Assembly: GCA_002633005.1 (NCBI GenBank)
Contig: NMRA01001046.1
Span: 556-64,555 of the forward strand
DNA length: 64,000 nucleotides
DNA from: Phoronis australis
Taxonomy: Eukaryota; Animalia; Phoronida
Reading direction: 5' to 3'
Shown here: piece after piece, positions 26,338-40,061 of the stretch
Position numbering within the stretch: position 1 is the first letter of the stretch
Layout: each line of letters begins with the position of its first letter
Notes under the pieces: model-generated
The model's input: the letters and a program-made list of their open reading frames with translations, nothing else
Told to the model about the DNA's origin: nothing
Databases searched by the model: none
Position numbers and translations under genes: made by a program

Positions 26338-26721
26338 ATGGACCACTAGACACAGAAATACGAGGTAATTACAGTAGTGACAATACCACAGACCAGGACA
26401 CATATCTTCCTCTGCTGCGTGGACAAACCTACCAGGTCACGTGCTCAAGTAAACTTTATTCCGCCGCTGAGGTGATCTTTGGGTTTCTTGCGTCGCACTT
26501 GCAAGACGTGTCCACAGTCAAGACTACAGACCTTACCAACATAAGAACTACCATTATCCGGCGAACAAACACTACATCTGGTGGGCTGGGCGATGAATTT
26601 GTCGCCAGTTTAATGTTCACTGCCGACGAAATTGTTCACTACAGGACGATTGCCTGCGTAATCAAAAATTCAAACGTAACAACATTTGTCGATGCCCAAC
26701 GTATTCGATTTTACTTGAAAG
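26338..26721 (+). CDS. Giant Ig gene, Ig domain 3 (type A)
   Basis: ttttgtag| ... G|gtaagc, 384 nt. Junction gives YGP; GQTYQVTC..VIFGF..FTADEIVHYRTIAC. Confidence 0.85.
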
Positions 26722-27421
26722 GTAAGCTCAGTGCAAACCTACTGTCCCACCAGGCACCATATTTCTTTAGAGCACAGGCGCGCAGGAGGGTATTTCTTCA
26801 AATGCGAGTGCTCCGCCGGAATTGGACTCGTCTCTCTGCCAAAATGTAATACCCTGTTTCACGATGCAAGTAGTGATTCCCAGGGCTTTGGATGCAACTC
26901 GTGTCAGTCCTAGCAGTATGTCCCCATCTATGTCTTGGAATATTGAGCAAACGCAATGAACGGCAAGCTATTGATCCTCTGTCTGTACCGGACAATTCAA
27001 CGAAATTTTGACGCAACAAAACGCGATTTAACACCCGTTTATTCTACAACAATGAAAATATCTCTTGTGATATGATATGCAGGCAGGGATTTCAGAATGC
27101 GGACATTAATCTAGTCTATTATTTTCCAAAATATATTGGTCTATCCACAACACATTTCAGCCATGTCATTTTTATCACCCTCGCACCAGAGAGTGGACTT
27201 TTGCCGAATGAGAAGACTAATGCCAATGCACACAGAAACCGTTCTGTTGAGGCACTGCTTTTGTTGGAAACACTACCACGGGTTAGATTTTATGAACCCA
27301 AGTTGATTACGTCCTGTTTTCTTTTATCTTGGGGTAACTTGAAATGGGGAGTGCAGTTTGTTAAAACTGACAGGTTTTAGGTAGAATTGTATGAATGCAT
27401 AATGAAATCATTTGTTTTCAG

Positions 27422-27748
27422 ATCTGAGTGTTCAACTTGACGTGACGATAAACATTACAGACAGCAACAACAACAGCGTGAATGAAGGGTACTTGAAGGC
27501 AGGTTATAATTACACTGCCGTGTGTGGCTTGCGTAGTATCCTGTCCAGTGGCATTTCTATGGAATGGCGACGACCAAGTGCATCAGCCAACTTGAAAACC
27601 AGAATGCTGTCGTACACCGACTACATGTACTCTATCGAGGTCCCGTTGGAATGGCCTAAGGGGCAAACTGAAATCACGCTAGAATGCTTTGCATCACACA
27701 ATATGTCTGGACTTAATTGGACACACACAGATGTGTTTAACATTTTCT
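27422..27748 (+). CDS. Giant Ig gene, Ig domain 4 (type B)
   Basis: ttgttttcag| ... T|gttagt, 327 nt. GYNYTAVC..ISMEW..ITLECFASH. Confidence 0.85.
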
Positions 27749-28548
27749 GTTAGTATACTGTTTTTCGTTTTTAGTGTTATGCGAAAGAGGTGCACGAGTT
27801 GGGACTGATTATCATCTGTGTGAATGTAATGAATTACCACTCATATTTTCACTCCTCAAACGTGATATCCCTTTCTTTGAATTAAATGTTGTTGCATTCC
27901 AAAGCTTAAACCTATTTCAACCAACGTCCTTTCCTTAAGTTTATTGGCACCAAATTCATTTGTTAAGAAAGTTATAAACCATAACAAGCGAATCTGTAGT
28001 CCACTAAAACAAACTCAAGCTTCGTGGTATTTTATTACGTTTGGACCGTGGAAGGAGGCTCCGTTTAAATAACTACAAGTTTTGTTTGTTGATGGCTTAA
28101 CTTGAAATGATACTCCCCACACGTGCACTGAATAAAATCATCATTTTTTACTGTAGTTCACAAATTAAAATTTTCCACTGAGTAGCAAAATATGGTGCAA
28201 GTGGGTACACACAAATGCACCTCTTCTTACTCTTCTTCCGATACGTCCAACTTCCTCTGGTTGAAGACATTGACGGAAAATGTTTGGTCACTTCCAGAAG
28301 ACAAAATGCTGTTATTAATAGCAAAATGTGATACACATCGCAAGATAAAACAATTGAACAAGGTAATTTGATGGCATTTGGAACAATCTGTTCCGGAATG
28401 CCTCCACAGATGGTGCTGACTGCAGAATAGTGGTGGGGAAGAAGCTTTGCAACTGACCTCCCGTAGTTCACGTAACTTGTTGACGCACCAGGTCGCGGCT
28501 CACCTCAAAAAGTGGCATACTTTAGTGACACCACGACATACTGTCATG

Positions 28549-28695
28549 CAGGGGCGGATCCAGGATTTTGAGTTAGGAGGGCTGGGCACAGTACTAGCCA
28601 TGACTGTGCCAGTCAGACATTCGAACCCCGAACTGCCAAATAGAATCTGGTAGAATTTTAGGGGGGCATGGTCCCCTTGCCCCCATTTCAGCACT
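28549..28695 (+). mobile_element. GC-rich MITE-like fragment (caggggcggatccaggatttt end); inverted related end at 49647-49686
   Basis: caggggcggatccaggattttgagttaggagggctgggcaca nearly equals the reverse complement of 49647-49686. Confidence 0.55.
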
Positions 28696-29422
28696 GCAGC
28701 AAAATGCCCTTTACGTGGCTGTAAGAGATAGTGGTTGAATTCGCTTACGCATGTACTCTTTCGGGACTCATGCGGTGGTGGCCTATGCAGAGCAAAACTT
28801 ACCATGTAGCTTCAAAACCAAAATGATCGCTGGAGTTAGAACGCGATAGGAGCGTTTTCACCCCTCTGGCTTGACCATCATGTCGACGTCTTTAACAAGG
28901 AAGTCGACGTACAGTTGGTGGGCATAAAGTCGACTTATTGTTGGCTGCAAGGACATGGTCAAACACCACGTTGTTGATGTCATTTCTGTCAACATGCTGG
29001 GACTAAAAATGGCTACTCTTGATTGACGTATCCTGTACCGACGAATCAACCGGCTAAGATATTCTCTACGATGAGTTCCAGCTAGGAACCATACTGGAAC
29101 TCATCGTAGAGAACCAGTATGGTTCCTAGGTTCCAGCATACAAATGAATCAGATATCGTTACCGGTTGACCCGACGGAATCGACGAAGTCAATCGAACGG
29201 CTTATTCGGACAACAAACAATGACGTTTTATGTCACCGTTATGGAAATACACCTCAGTCGTGTTTGTCGGTCTTGTTAAAATCCGCTTTTCTCTATACCT
29301 ATGCAAGAAGCTAAGAATCTCTGTTTATTATCACGTGTTATTTGCGCTTTTCTTGTAGCGGAAATGTACGGAAAACATCCACATGGTTCTTGAAATATGC
29401 CAACTACCTTTACTTATTCCAG

Positions 29423-29803
29423 TCGGACCGACCGAGTTGGCTCTCACTGGCAACCTTACAGACGTCCACTCAAGGGGGGAAATGTATACACTTAAGCACG
29501 GCCAAATATACTCTCTGTCCTGCTCAAGTGATGTACTAAATCCATCAGGATCCGTTGAGCTCGGATTTGTCACTTGCTTGCAGTTAGATCAGTGCATCGC
29601 CAATGCCACTGAGGCAGGCAGTTACGGATCAGGTGAGCTGACACTCGAACAGAGCCCAACGGGAGCCAATGGCGTGAACTATACAGCCACTTTAACGCTC
29701 ACTGCTGACGCGAGCATTCATCAAAAGGAGATTGCCTGTTACGTCCGGAACACAGACGTAAGGGAATTCGCAGTGACCACAAATGTGTCGGTTTGTTTAG
29801 ACA
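29423..29803 (+). CDS. Giant Ig gene, Ig domain 5 (type A, extra cysteines)
   Basis: ttattccag| ... A|gtaagt, 381 nt. FGP..GQIYSLSC..VELGF..LTADASIHQKEIAC. Confidence 0.88.
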
Positions 29804-30332
29804 GTAAGTACTGCATAAAGAACTTCCTCGTGTTCTTCATTCTCATTAGCGAACAGAAAAAACAGATTCGACTATGGTAGGTCTTGTTTTCAACTGATAT
29901 TATCTGTGCCATACCCCACTGTATCAGTAGCACCGAATAAAGTTTGTACGATACACTTAATTTGAGACTGAAGTCATTTTAGCTTGCTTGTACTACATGT
30001 ACGTCACGAACTAGAGCCTGTATCGTTCGAGGTCTTTTGTCTTTCCGTTATCTCTGTTAACAACGATCGTCGATTAAGCAGACTCTCTTATTAGGAAGAT
30101 TCTATTCAAACTAACTAAGGTTGATAATGGTTGATTTATGTTATACGACCTGGGCGCAAGAAGTTAACAGTCACTTACACTATACAGGGGTCCCATCCTC
30201 AACTGGGTAACGGACATGAAACTGGTCTGTTCCCAAAAAATACGGGGTCCTTAAAACTGTCAATTGCCGAAGAAAATAACACCCGGTGACAGTACTAAGC
30301 TGAGGTGAACAAATTAACCTTTGAAGAAAGCT

Positions 30333-30757
30333 GTGCCCAGTTGCATGAAACAGTCCCAAACACGGACTCCACTAAGTTCCCTAAATCTGCTGAGTACTTC
30401 TTGACTTGTTAAGACATCGATTGATCTTCCTTGTATTGCGTTAGTTTCATTACTAAGTCGACATATGACATTGATACACATCTAGAGTGAACTCAACGTT
30501 GAAATTCCAATATTATCTAAAATACACTGGGATCTTTTCATGCAAAACCCCCAATTTAAGGACTGAGTCGCTACCTATTTTCAATAAATTCTGGACTCAG
30601 TTTTTAGTTATGATATTAAAAAATATTAATCGACGAAAACTTCATAATGAAGATGGAATGCTAGAATGTTGCATATTGCATCTTTGAGTCCATAAAGAGA
30701 CAAATACGCCAAAAGAATTAGGGTCCCTATTTGGGACTGTTACATGCAACCGACCAC
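30333..30757. mobile_element. MITE with terminal inverted repeats of about 28 bp
   Basis: gtgcccagttgcatgaaacagtcccaaa ... tttgggactgttacatgcaaccgaccac. Confidence 0.65.
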
Positions 30758-30899
30758 ATATGCCCAATATGCGATCATAAGCAGAGACGACCAGCCTGGA
30801 ATGATGTGGTCAGACTGGTTAGTGCCCAGCGATTGGTGTTGACCACTATCGAGACATTAAAATCACTCATGTGCAAATAAACTGTAAATTCACTTTCAG

Positions 30900-31254
30900 T
30901 CGGTGATCCAAAATTGATGATAACCCTCGAGGATGCGAAAGCTACCATTTTTAGCGCCGAAGCCAACAACAAGACAGCAGAAAAAGTTCATGTGGTTGAG
31001 GGTCAAACATATACAATCAAGTGCCTGCTTACAACTGTAATTCGTAATGGTGTGGAAATCACATGGAATTCGACTTTGGTCAACCTACNCGAATGTATCC
31101 AGTACAACACTCAACAGAGGCGGTATTTTACACCTGAACTGGTTTTCTTTCAAGGCATCTCGTGACAATCCCACTAGTCTCTCGAGATGTAACACGGGAC
31201 ACAGGTTCTTGCACGCACTGAACATGTCCATAAACGTAACCATGGACGTTTTCT
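30900..31254 (+). CDS. Giant Ig gene, Ig domain 6 (type B); apparent +1 frameshift at N 31089
   Basis: cactttcag| ... T|gtaagt. 355 nt including one N; removing the N gives 354 nt and a continuous GQTYTIKC..VEITW..FKASRDNPTSLSRCNTGH. Confidence 0.82.
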
Positions 31255-32716
31255 GTAAGTTAGTGGTATACTGCCTAATTTTATTAAGAAGTTGTTTTTC
31301 CTTGAGTTTCATTTTTCAAATACTTAATGAAACATGGAATTCAAAAACTCGTAAAGGAAATTAATATTTTAAACAGATCGTGACAAGTCTGGTTCTTGGG
31401 GATTCTATCGTGAGAGTTATTCACAGTGAATCTTTGAAAGAGTTTTTTGAAAAGTCTTCCGATTCAATTTTTTGAAATACGATTTTCAAATTTCTCGCCC
31501 CTGATAACACATTTGCGCACATGGGCTCAAAGTAGTCCGACTGGCTGTTGCTCGAAAACCGTTTTTTTGTTTTTATCAAAAGTCAAAGGTCACATCTTAC
31601 CATAACTAATAAGGAGACGTGCTCTGTCGTGTAGGAGGAAAATGAGGATGTGACGAGCACTTGAGTGATCGCTTTTTAGTTGAAATTTGAAAAGCCATGA
31701 CATCAAAAGAAATTCAAAATCTTTATGAAAAGGCCGTAAAAAATCCCTTGTGAAAAGATCAACCTCTGTTTCAGTGGCTGACAGCAAATTTGAACGTTTT
31801 TTTTTAACATTCTATATCACTATCAGACTTGGCAATACTCAGACAGTATAGCTAAATTCTTCATACTGGTTTGTACAGGTCTAGGACAACAGTTATTTCA
31901 AGTGCACTTACACACACTTCGGGGTAGAACAAAAGGCTTTTAGCATGTGCATCTTACATAGTTAGTTTTCTCAATGATTCAATTAAATCTCAACATGGAA
32001 ACCTGTTGGGATTCTATGATCAGTGAATATGGTACAGGAACATCTCCACGAGCTTTATAAATGATCCACTTTAGTTGCAGTCTGGAAGTTTGTCTTCTGG
32101 CAGCCCAGGAAAAATAAGATCTATTTCTAATTTGCGTGGAAAAAATCCAGCAGGGTGGCTAGTGGGTACAGATTAATGCTGCGAAGTAGACCACTGCGCT
32201 GTCCACTGCCTAATCCGGACATCTATTGTAATTGCATGCAATGTCATTTTGGCGAACGATAAGTGGCAAACCGCGTTGTCAGCGACTTTTGATTAGACGG
32301 TCGTGGTTTCGAAATTTACTTTGCACAAACAATTCACCGTCGTTGTTCGTGTGAATTTCCGTTCAGTCTGATTACTGCGTATGGAAATCTATCAACATTA
32401 ATATCGGGTTTCTAAAAATAATGCATCATTGGGTTTTATTGACTGGTTTAGTTATAGGTATGACAGAAATATGAATACATGTGTGCCCCTGATATTTGAC
32501 TTGACCGAAACAATTTCGTCAGAATCAATGGTCAGTTGTGTATAAATGATTTGATTAGCGAGAGTGGCTTCCAAACTTTTGCATATGACCTTAGATTGCA
32601 TGCGTGCTAATGTCTGAAAATACAAATAGCCAGGTGCCTACATGTATATCTTGGGCCACGTGTATTTCAGCAAACATGAAGGGCGTATTTTAACCCAGAA
32701 CTCCATGTTATTCCAG

Positions 32717-33049
32717 ATGGGCCGGTAAACTTGTTCTTGTTTGTCAATAACGCAACGCATCACCGCCGTTCTATCAATATGGAGATCAACGCCACAATGT
32801 CATTGGGTTGCAAGACCGACAGTGTTCGTCGCAACGCGTCTGTGACATGGATCTCACCCTCAAATGTTTTCGTGCCTACCAACGAGATCATGAGTTTCTC
32901 GCGTGGCAACGGCACCGATGATACAGTCGTCCATTCACGCAACACATACACAATCAGCCGTCTCCATCATACGCACAATATAACATGTACTGTAAAGAAC
33001 GTTGACTCCAACGTAACCGCTGCAAAGACGTTAATTCTGAATGTAATAC
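32717..33049 (+). CDS. Giant Ig gene, Ig domain 7 (type C)
   Basis: ttattccag| ... C|gtaagt, 333 nt. YGP..MSLGC..ASVTW..HHTHNITCTVKN. Confidence 0.87.
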
Positions 33050-33946
33050 GTAAGTAAGCGGTGTGGTCAAAACAAACCACGTTCACATTGCTTTCTATGA
33101 AATGTCCGACCGTTTGACATTTTGATGTTACTTTTGGTCCGTATTATTTGTTTTATTTCGTAAATCATATTTTGTAAAATTTCTTTGCTCAAGCTTCTTC
33201 TTCAAAGATTTTTGTATATCTACTGGTTCATTGATCAAAGCAATTGTTGATTCCTCTCTCTGTCTCACTCAAATGGTGATATCTCGTGGTTATCCGACAA
33301 ATCAGGTACACACGTCATTTGCGTCAATAAAATTTAAACCATTTGCCGCTAAAAGGATACCAAACCCGGTTTGGAACTGTTAACATATACTGGAAACGAC
33401 TTCCCATCCTGTTCTCTTGATCAATTTGCTTTGTAACCCCCAACAACTCTCAAGTTTGGAGGAAATAAAACACCTTTCAACATTTGTCAATCGGGGGGAG
33501 CGAGTTTAGCGAATTACATGACAACAGTCGGAATCAACCCCCCATCACAGACCAGGATGTCCAATTTATAAGAGCGGCGAGTTTAGTAAATTCCTGCTTT
33601 CATCTTTCACCTGTGGCGCCGATGAGGCATATTAGCAGGTGATAGACTCAGGATTGGTTTATATCATCAATATAGGATTTAGTGTCCTTTCAATTTACTT
33701 GTGTTGTTCTTTAATCGGGTTAGACGTTATATCTGACCTTGTGAATAAATAGGAGATTTGGTACTAATTTAGCTTGACCCAACAGTTCTGAGCTCTATAA
33801 CCGGAAGTAGTCTAAATCAAAATACATATGCATCTTTTTTCATGGATGCGGAATCTTGACGGATTTCGTGATGTGGGAATTTCGATAATTAGTTCTCCAA
33901 GGTCGGTGAGATTCAGATGAAATCATGTCCTTCTTTGATATTACAG

Positions 33947-34330
33947 AGGGGCCGTCGCGGCTCCAAGTCGAAGGCAGCATTAGTAACACGACCGTTCAGT
34001 CGAACGTTAGCTACGCCATCAGGTACGGAGAGCGTCATTCCCTCCGGTGTACGACTGACAATACCTTTCCAGGTGCCCAGGTTGAGTTTGGGTTTTACAC
34101 AGGACCAGGGGCCAACCGCCGCATAGCTAACGCAAGCGACATGCAGCACTTCGGAGGCGGGAGCTTGAAGATAATGAACGAAACAGACCCGGGGACAGGT
34201 TTCGTGAATTACACCGCTAACGTCTCCTTTGTAGCAGATTTAAGTATTCACAACACGACTATATCTTGCAGAGCAGTCAATGTTGAGAATCAGGAGACAT
34301 TAGCTGTCGATTTTTCGGTGTACATTTCAG
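33947..34330 (+). CDS. Giant Ig gene, Ig domain 8 (type A)
   Basis: attacag| ... G|gtaagt, 384 nt. QGP..HSLRC..VEFGF..IANASDMQHFGGG..FVADLSIHNTTISC. Confidence 0.88.
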
Positions 34331-35610
34331 GTAAGTCTTGTGCAAACTGACGACTTCCGTTTAGCATCGCCAACATCTCTCGGAGTAGCGCTTTGTATGA
34401 CGAAACCATTTTCTAACTACCCAACTTTGGCAAGGAGGAATGAAACGTGATGTCAATGATTTCGCGATCTACGGATTGGAAAACACTGAACACAGCACGG
34501 TGAACACATAAAGTGTCAAGGCAGGCATTCTTACACATCTGAGGCTTTTACGTATCTCAAGCTCTTATAAAAATGACTTTTTCCGATTTTTTTATATTTT
34601 CTCTGAATTACTTTTTGATGAGGTTCGCACACTCGTGCAGCGACGTTGAGGTGCTCAGTTGCACATCCGGGTCACTTAAAGTGGATACGCATGAGGTGAG
34701 AGACTTGGAGATTTGAAGCACGTCTTTCGTGAGTTTCCAACTTATCTGTCGTTTGCCTTTTGAAGTGGATAAGATGCGGTTTACCCGATATTTCAAGCAA
34801 TCGAAAACCCTAGTGTAGTTTATGTGAATGCCAGTATTATCTTTTGCTTGCCCACTAAGTTGTTAGATAATTTTCCCCGAGTCTTTAAACACAGAACTCA
34901 CTTATACAGCTTAGGCGTCCCAAGCGATAGCTTAGCATTTTTCCCAAGCAAAATGCAAATGCACGTATTCAGTTCCCGTGATTGAGGCACTGTCGTGCGA
35001 GCAACTCTGGTGCACGTGACCTCACGGCGCGTCGGTGCGTTTTTGCAAAATGAATCCACGTGTGAAGGTGAAGTAACATTTGAGCAAAGGAGAAGTTCAC
35101 ATGGAATTGCTGTGATATAAAGATACATTCCAAGCATACATGTAATTAGCTGTCACCATGTTTAAATCTCGACTGAATGACTTCTATTTCAAACACATTG
35201 CCACGTTTTTCCAAACTTGAAATACTATGGCACACGTCGGCAATTCAAATCGCATGCGGTGCGTAAACGCGTCATTTTCGACTTTTGAAATGTGTAATCT
35301 CAATAAGTTCTTAAGCGTTTTCTTCAACCGATGATGGTTGCAATGTGCTTGATTTTTTGAGAAATATAGAATACTAGCACGGCGAAAACTGATACGAGAC
35401 CAATTTTATTTGAGTAGAAAATGTATGCCGACGTTTGTCCTATAGCAAGCTTTACAGGGCTTGGTGCATCTTTAACATCTTTGCTCAAATGAGCTTCTTG
35501 GTTACTTTGATATTTGAAGATTGTCTGCTGAGCGAGTCATGTGCTGGTCATGGAAAATTGGTTGGAGAACCTTAATCAGTAGTTTAATAAATATTTACAT
35601 TTATTTGCAG

Positions 35611-35964
35611 CGGAAAACGTTGAAATCACCATCAGCATAACAAATGAGAACGGTCTAGACAACTACAAAGAACCCAATCCAGTGGGCAGCGTCGCTACCC
35701 CATTGATAGCTGGTAAAAATTACACTGCGAAATGTAGCTTCACAAGCGAGGTGGCGTTGGGAGTCATCATTTCCTGGGATCACTCTCCAAACCCTCCACC
35801 TCCGGTGAAAAAGAATGTGCTTTCGTCAGGAAATTACAAATACTTGTCGGAGACTGCCTTTACGGCGTCAAAGATGTTCGACGGGACTACTTTTAGGTGC
35901 AAGGCGTCGCACGGGAAGATTCGTGACTTTGACGCTGAGCAGTCAGTCACAGTCTATGTATACT
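35611..35964 (+). CDS. Giant Ig gene, Ig domain 9 (type B)
   Basis: ttatttgcag| ... T|gtaagt, 354 nt. GKNYTAKC..VIISW..FTASKMFDGTTFRCKASH. Confidence 0.88.
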
Positions 35965-38900
35965 GTAAGTGTCATAAACTACCGACTCCTGCGCTTGGAA
36001 AGTTGGCAACGTGTATGCAGCATTACTACATCTGATAATAAAAGAAAATTCAACGTAAAATAACTTATTCGCACATCAATTCACGAATATGATGTTTCAA
36101 CTTAAACGTCTCCGCCCTTAACGCAAATTCAACTAGGTTGTTGAGTTAATAGGAAGTTGTCTTCGATACCCAATCGGATGCCCTAGCCGGTTGACCCGGA
36201 AGAACGGATAAGTCAGTCAAGTTTAACCATCACGGCGTAGCGTGTTTCCCTTCTTTATAATCGCAGGCTGATTGCCTACATGTAAGTAACTTCTGTTTTA
36301 GTAAACTTAGTAAAGCAACTTTCTTATATGAGGATCTTTAGTACAGGATGTATACGATATATGTAAAATTCAAGAAGGATGTGACTCATTCTGTTGGTTA
36401 AATACTTATACTTGAACGAGTGTACATGATTGCCGAATGTTTTTCCGCCGACAGAAGGCATTGTCTACCACACCACAGCTGTAGATACACTGTATGGAGA
36501 TTGGCTATCACGTGTTAAAGTGAAACGTGGCGGCCATTTTTGTAATTTTTTGTGTTATGGACCGCTTAAGCCGATGGCATAAAAGGCTCTAACTTTGAAA
36601 CTGTGCCTTCTACATGTATGTTGATGAAATAGGTACCGCAGTGGTGGCATATTCAAACTCATTCTAGCGATCTCTCTTTTCAGATTTTTTGAAATTAAAA
36701 TGTAAATACTCAGTTTAAATGAAAAACCTGAGTTTAATTAACCTGTTAATAATAATCGGTCGGCTTTTGTTTCGTTTTATTTGTTCCTTTAGTCAGTATT
36801 TTGCATTTAATACTGTTTGTATACCAAGATCCTTTATCAGCCTAGAGGGCCACGTCGAAATGTTTACAGCGACCTGCGAGCAAACAATATAGCACTGCCT
36901 GAGGTGACATTCATAGTAAAACGCCAGATCTCGCTCTCGTCATACCTACAGTATATTTCATTATAAATAAACCTAAACATTCCTGTCCAAAATTCACAAA
37001 TGCAACAGTTGGAGACTTTACAAATGGTCAGGAATGAATTCTTCATTACAAATGTCTCTATAGTTTACAGATTCACTGGTCCGGAGAGTGTCTCATTTGT
37101 GCAATTTTAGGCAACACTGGCTGATGAACTTGACATGTACTGGTTTAGTGATTATGACAGACGGCTTAATTGGCCAATCAGAACAAAGCATTCTTGGCAC
37201 ACCTTTGTCTGCGTTTCCAAGCCGCCTTTATACCCGACAAACCACACGTAGTCGAGTAAAACTTACTTTGGTCTATAGCTCAAGAAATTGTCCGCCAAGA
37301 ATGGGGAAACGGTGTTGATATGGCGTGTGTAGCACCGAAAGCCGTTATGCTGCTCCAGAATAATATCTCGTCATTTTTTGGCATGTCGTAAGACGAAAAA
37401 TGATGTTGAAAAGTGTAAACTATGGATCAAACTGTACGGCCACACGAGCAGCTGAACTTAGCGATGTTGCTTGATAACTCGAAGGCTATAATGAACACAA
37501 ATATATTAGTTCCAAGATACGCACTTTTCGGCTTGGTGGCTATGGTGAAGGGCTATCTCAGGCTCCCGAGTTTCCTACGTGTGGCCGCCTTTTTCATCGT
37601 CACCTTACAAATTCCCATATCATGAACGTACGATTCTTTGTTGAAAAGCATCGCCTCTTGTCTCTGTCGGAGCGTTTTCACATAGTGCAAAAACACTCAT
37701 TGATTCCACCAGGAACGTCGTTTAGCGACAGTGTATTTGCCTCTGGCATCTCGTTCGAATGTCGGGTATCACGTGACTTTTCGCATAGGGGCGGAGCTTG
37801 CGATAGGTCAATTTATCGGAACGTCGCAATTACCGGCAGGTTCAGGGCTGCGTTTCGTAGGCACAGGGCACTCAAGAGAAAAGCAAGTGTTATCACAAGG
37901 CGATAACTCGCGAAGTCCCCAGTTGCATGAATGACTGATTTATATCATTTTAAGAAAAAAATGAGCACTTAAGAGTTCGTTTATGGAATCAAATGCCTCT
38001 CGTCTTTGTTACAGCACACAGCAGTTAAATTAGGACTTGTGATTTGGGGTGGAAAGAAGATTCTCGGTGGTTTTGTACCGATAAAGGCGCCGGTATTTTC
38101 CCCAAGAATACCATTTCTTTTTAAGATCTTTGCGGATAGGCAGACTGTATGAAGGTTCTTAGCCGTCTAAATCTGTTAAGGAGTAACCAGGTTTTAAGAG
38201 AATGCTGATTATTATTCCATCCCTACAGCTATACTCGTGTTCATTCGCATAGATTCATTTTAGATGTCCAAAGACACTTCAAAACAAGTACTCCAAGTCC
38301 CCAAAGCACTTTGTCAACCGTCTTCTGAGCTGCGATACAATGAGGTTTGTTCACAGCTTAGTTGTGTCTATGATGACCTCTTGATGCTGTTTGGTCGAGA
38401 AAAAAATCTGGGGCGCCAAAAAGCCACGGAATATAGGGTAGGGGTAAAAGACGCTGCACTTAATTAATGGCCGTGGAGAATTAAGTACAGTAGCCATTCG
38501 CTTTTCAAAAGTCCATGTACACTCTGTATGTCAAATGTCAAATTGGCACTTTTTCCATTTTACGACGGATTTAAAGCGACTTGTCATTAGCTGGCTCTAA
38601 ACGAAAATTAAATTAGACAATTTGCTCTCCTAAAACAAGGTACGTAGAAGTCCTTAGGGCGGTACAGTTCTATTCCAATTTCCTTTTTCATTTGTTCTAT
38701 ATCAAGAACCTCGATACATCGCCGATTCAGAAAAAAAACTTCACGTCAATTTTATGGGGGTTTAGTGTGAATTCGAAATTGGGACATTCATGCAGTAATA
38801 GGAATTCGAGTTGCCGGCTTATCGGGAAAGAATTAAAGATTGGGATGACGGGGTGAGGTTTTTAATCTGCAAAGCAACTTGGTTTGGAATCTTATATTGA

Positions 38901-39334
38901 GAGCTGAACTGTGACAAAACTCAGCTGTGAGGTCTTTTTCAACAATGAACGACGCGAGTCGTCTGCCGATTTTAATTGGACATTCTGATTTATTGGTGGA
39001 TAATCGCGACTAGACTTTCAGTTATCCCAAAAAATCGCAAGTTACAAGCTCAATAATTGGACAGTGAATGATGAAGCCAGTTTGTTGAGCCCCCGCCTGT
39101 GAACATGTGCCTTCTGAAATGAATCATCTTAGCGGGGGCTTACATTTAGGTTGAAGCAAACAATGAACTATGGTTTTATTGTTTACTTACTAATGCATGG
39201 CCCCCTTGCCCCCTCCCCCCGGGCATTGAATACACTAAAACGTTAAACGGGTAAAGCAATGGCGCTGGACGAAGTGTTAAATTTCACTGAGTTAAGTTTA
39301 TTTTCAAGTCTGAGTAATCTGTAACTCATTTTAG

Positions 39335-39667
39335 ATGGTCCGACAGCGATGTCGCTGTACGTAAACAATACGTTATTCCACGCCGGATGGATCGACGTAA
39401 CTGCCGGGACTCCTTTAGACATCAGGTGTCTGACAGATGACGTCAAGCCAGACGGTGGAGCCGAATGGTCTTCGTTGTATGGTGCCACCTTTTCACCTGT
39501 GGTGCAGAAATTGTCTGGCAACATCACGGGAACTAAAGTCATCGATACATCTGTTGTGATAATCTCCTCCGTGAAATCGCATGCAGATGTGTATTCTTGC
39601 GAAGCACACAACCTAGCTGAAAAAAACATTCTGTTTTTTACAAGAAGCCTCAGGGTGAATGTTAAAT
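39335..39667 (+). CDS. Giant Ig gene, Ig domain 10 (type C)
   Basis: cattttag| ... T|gtaagt, 333 nt. YGP..LDIRC..GAEW..HADVYSCEAHN. Confidence 0.87.
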
Positions 39668-40061
39668 GTAAGTAGGTGAGTTTACTTTCAGTGCACGAAT
39701 CTTTCTCCATGTAGATAGTAATTACTCATCAGAAACAACCCAGGTATTTCTGTAGCCTAAACATTTCGTCTGAGGTATGTCAGCAAGTTTGAAAAAAATC
39801 TCATCACTTCATTGGATTAGAATTATTTCTGGAGTTGAGAACAACTGATTGGTCCAGATTGGTTGACTTTGAAGGTTCCTTCTGGTCAGCGTGCTAAGAT
39901 AGGGTCGTAAGCAGAAGTCGTCATCAATAACAGATCAACTGTTTTTAGGCGGAAAAATCGATAAAATAGATGTACAATGTACACCCAATGCTTCGACTCC
40001 AGACCATTAAATTGCTTGTCACGGCGGGTTCATGTCAGGTAGCCAAGGTAGTATGTCCCTT

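Noticed and set aside
30900-31254. Pseudo-exon (frameshift)
   Set aside because: The frameshift coincides exactly with a single N, and removing it restores the domain.
39243-39710. Antisense ORFs overlapping Ig exons (also 48447-48893, 60905-61189 and others)
   Set aside because: Shadow ORFs of the plus-strand exons with no independent features.
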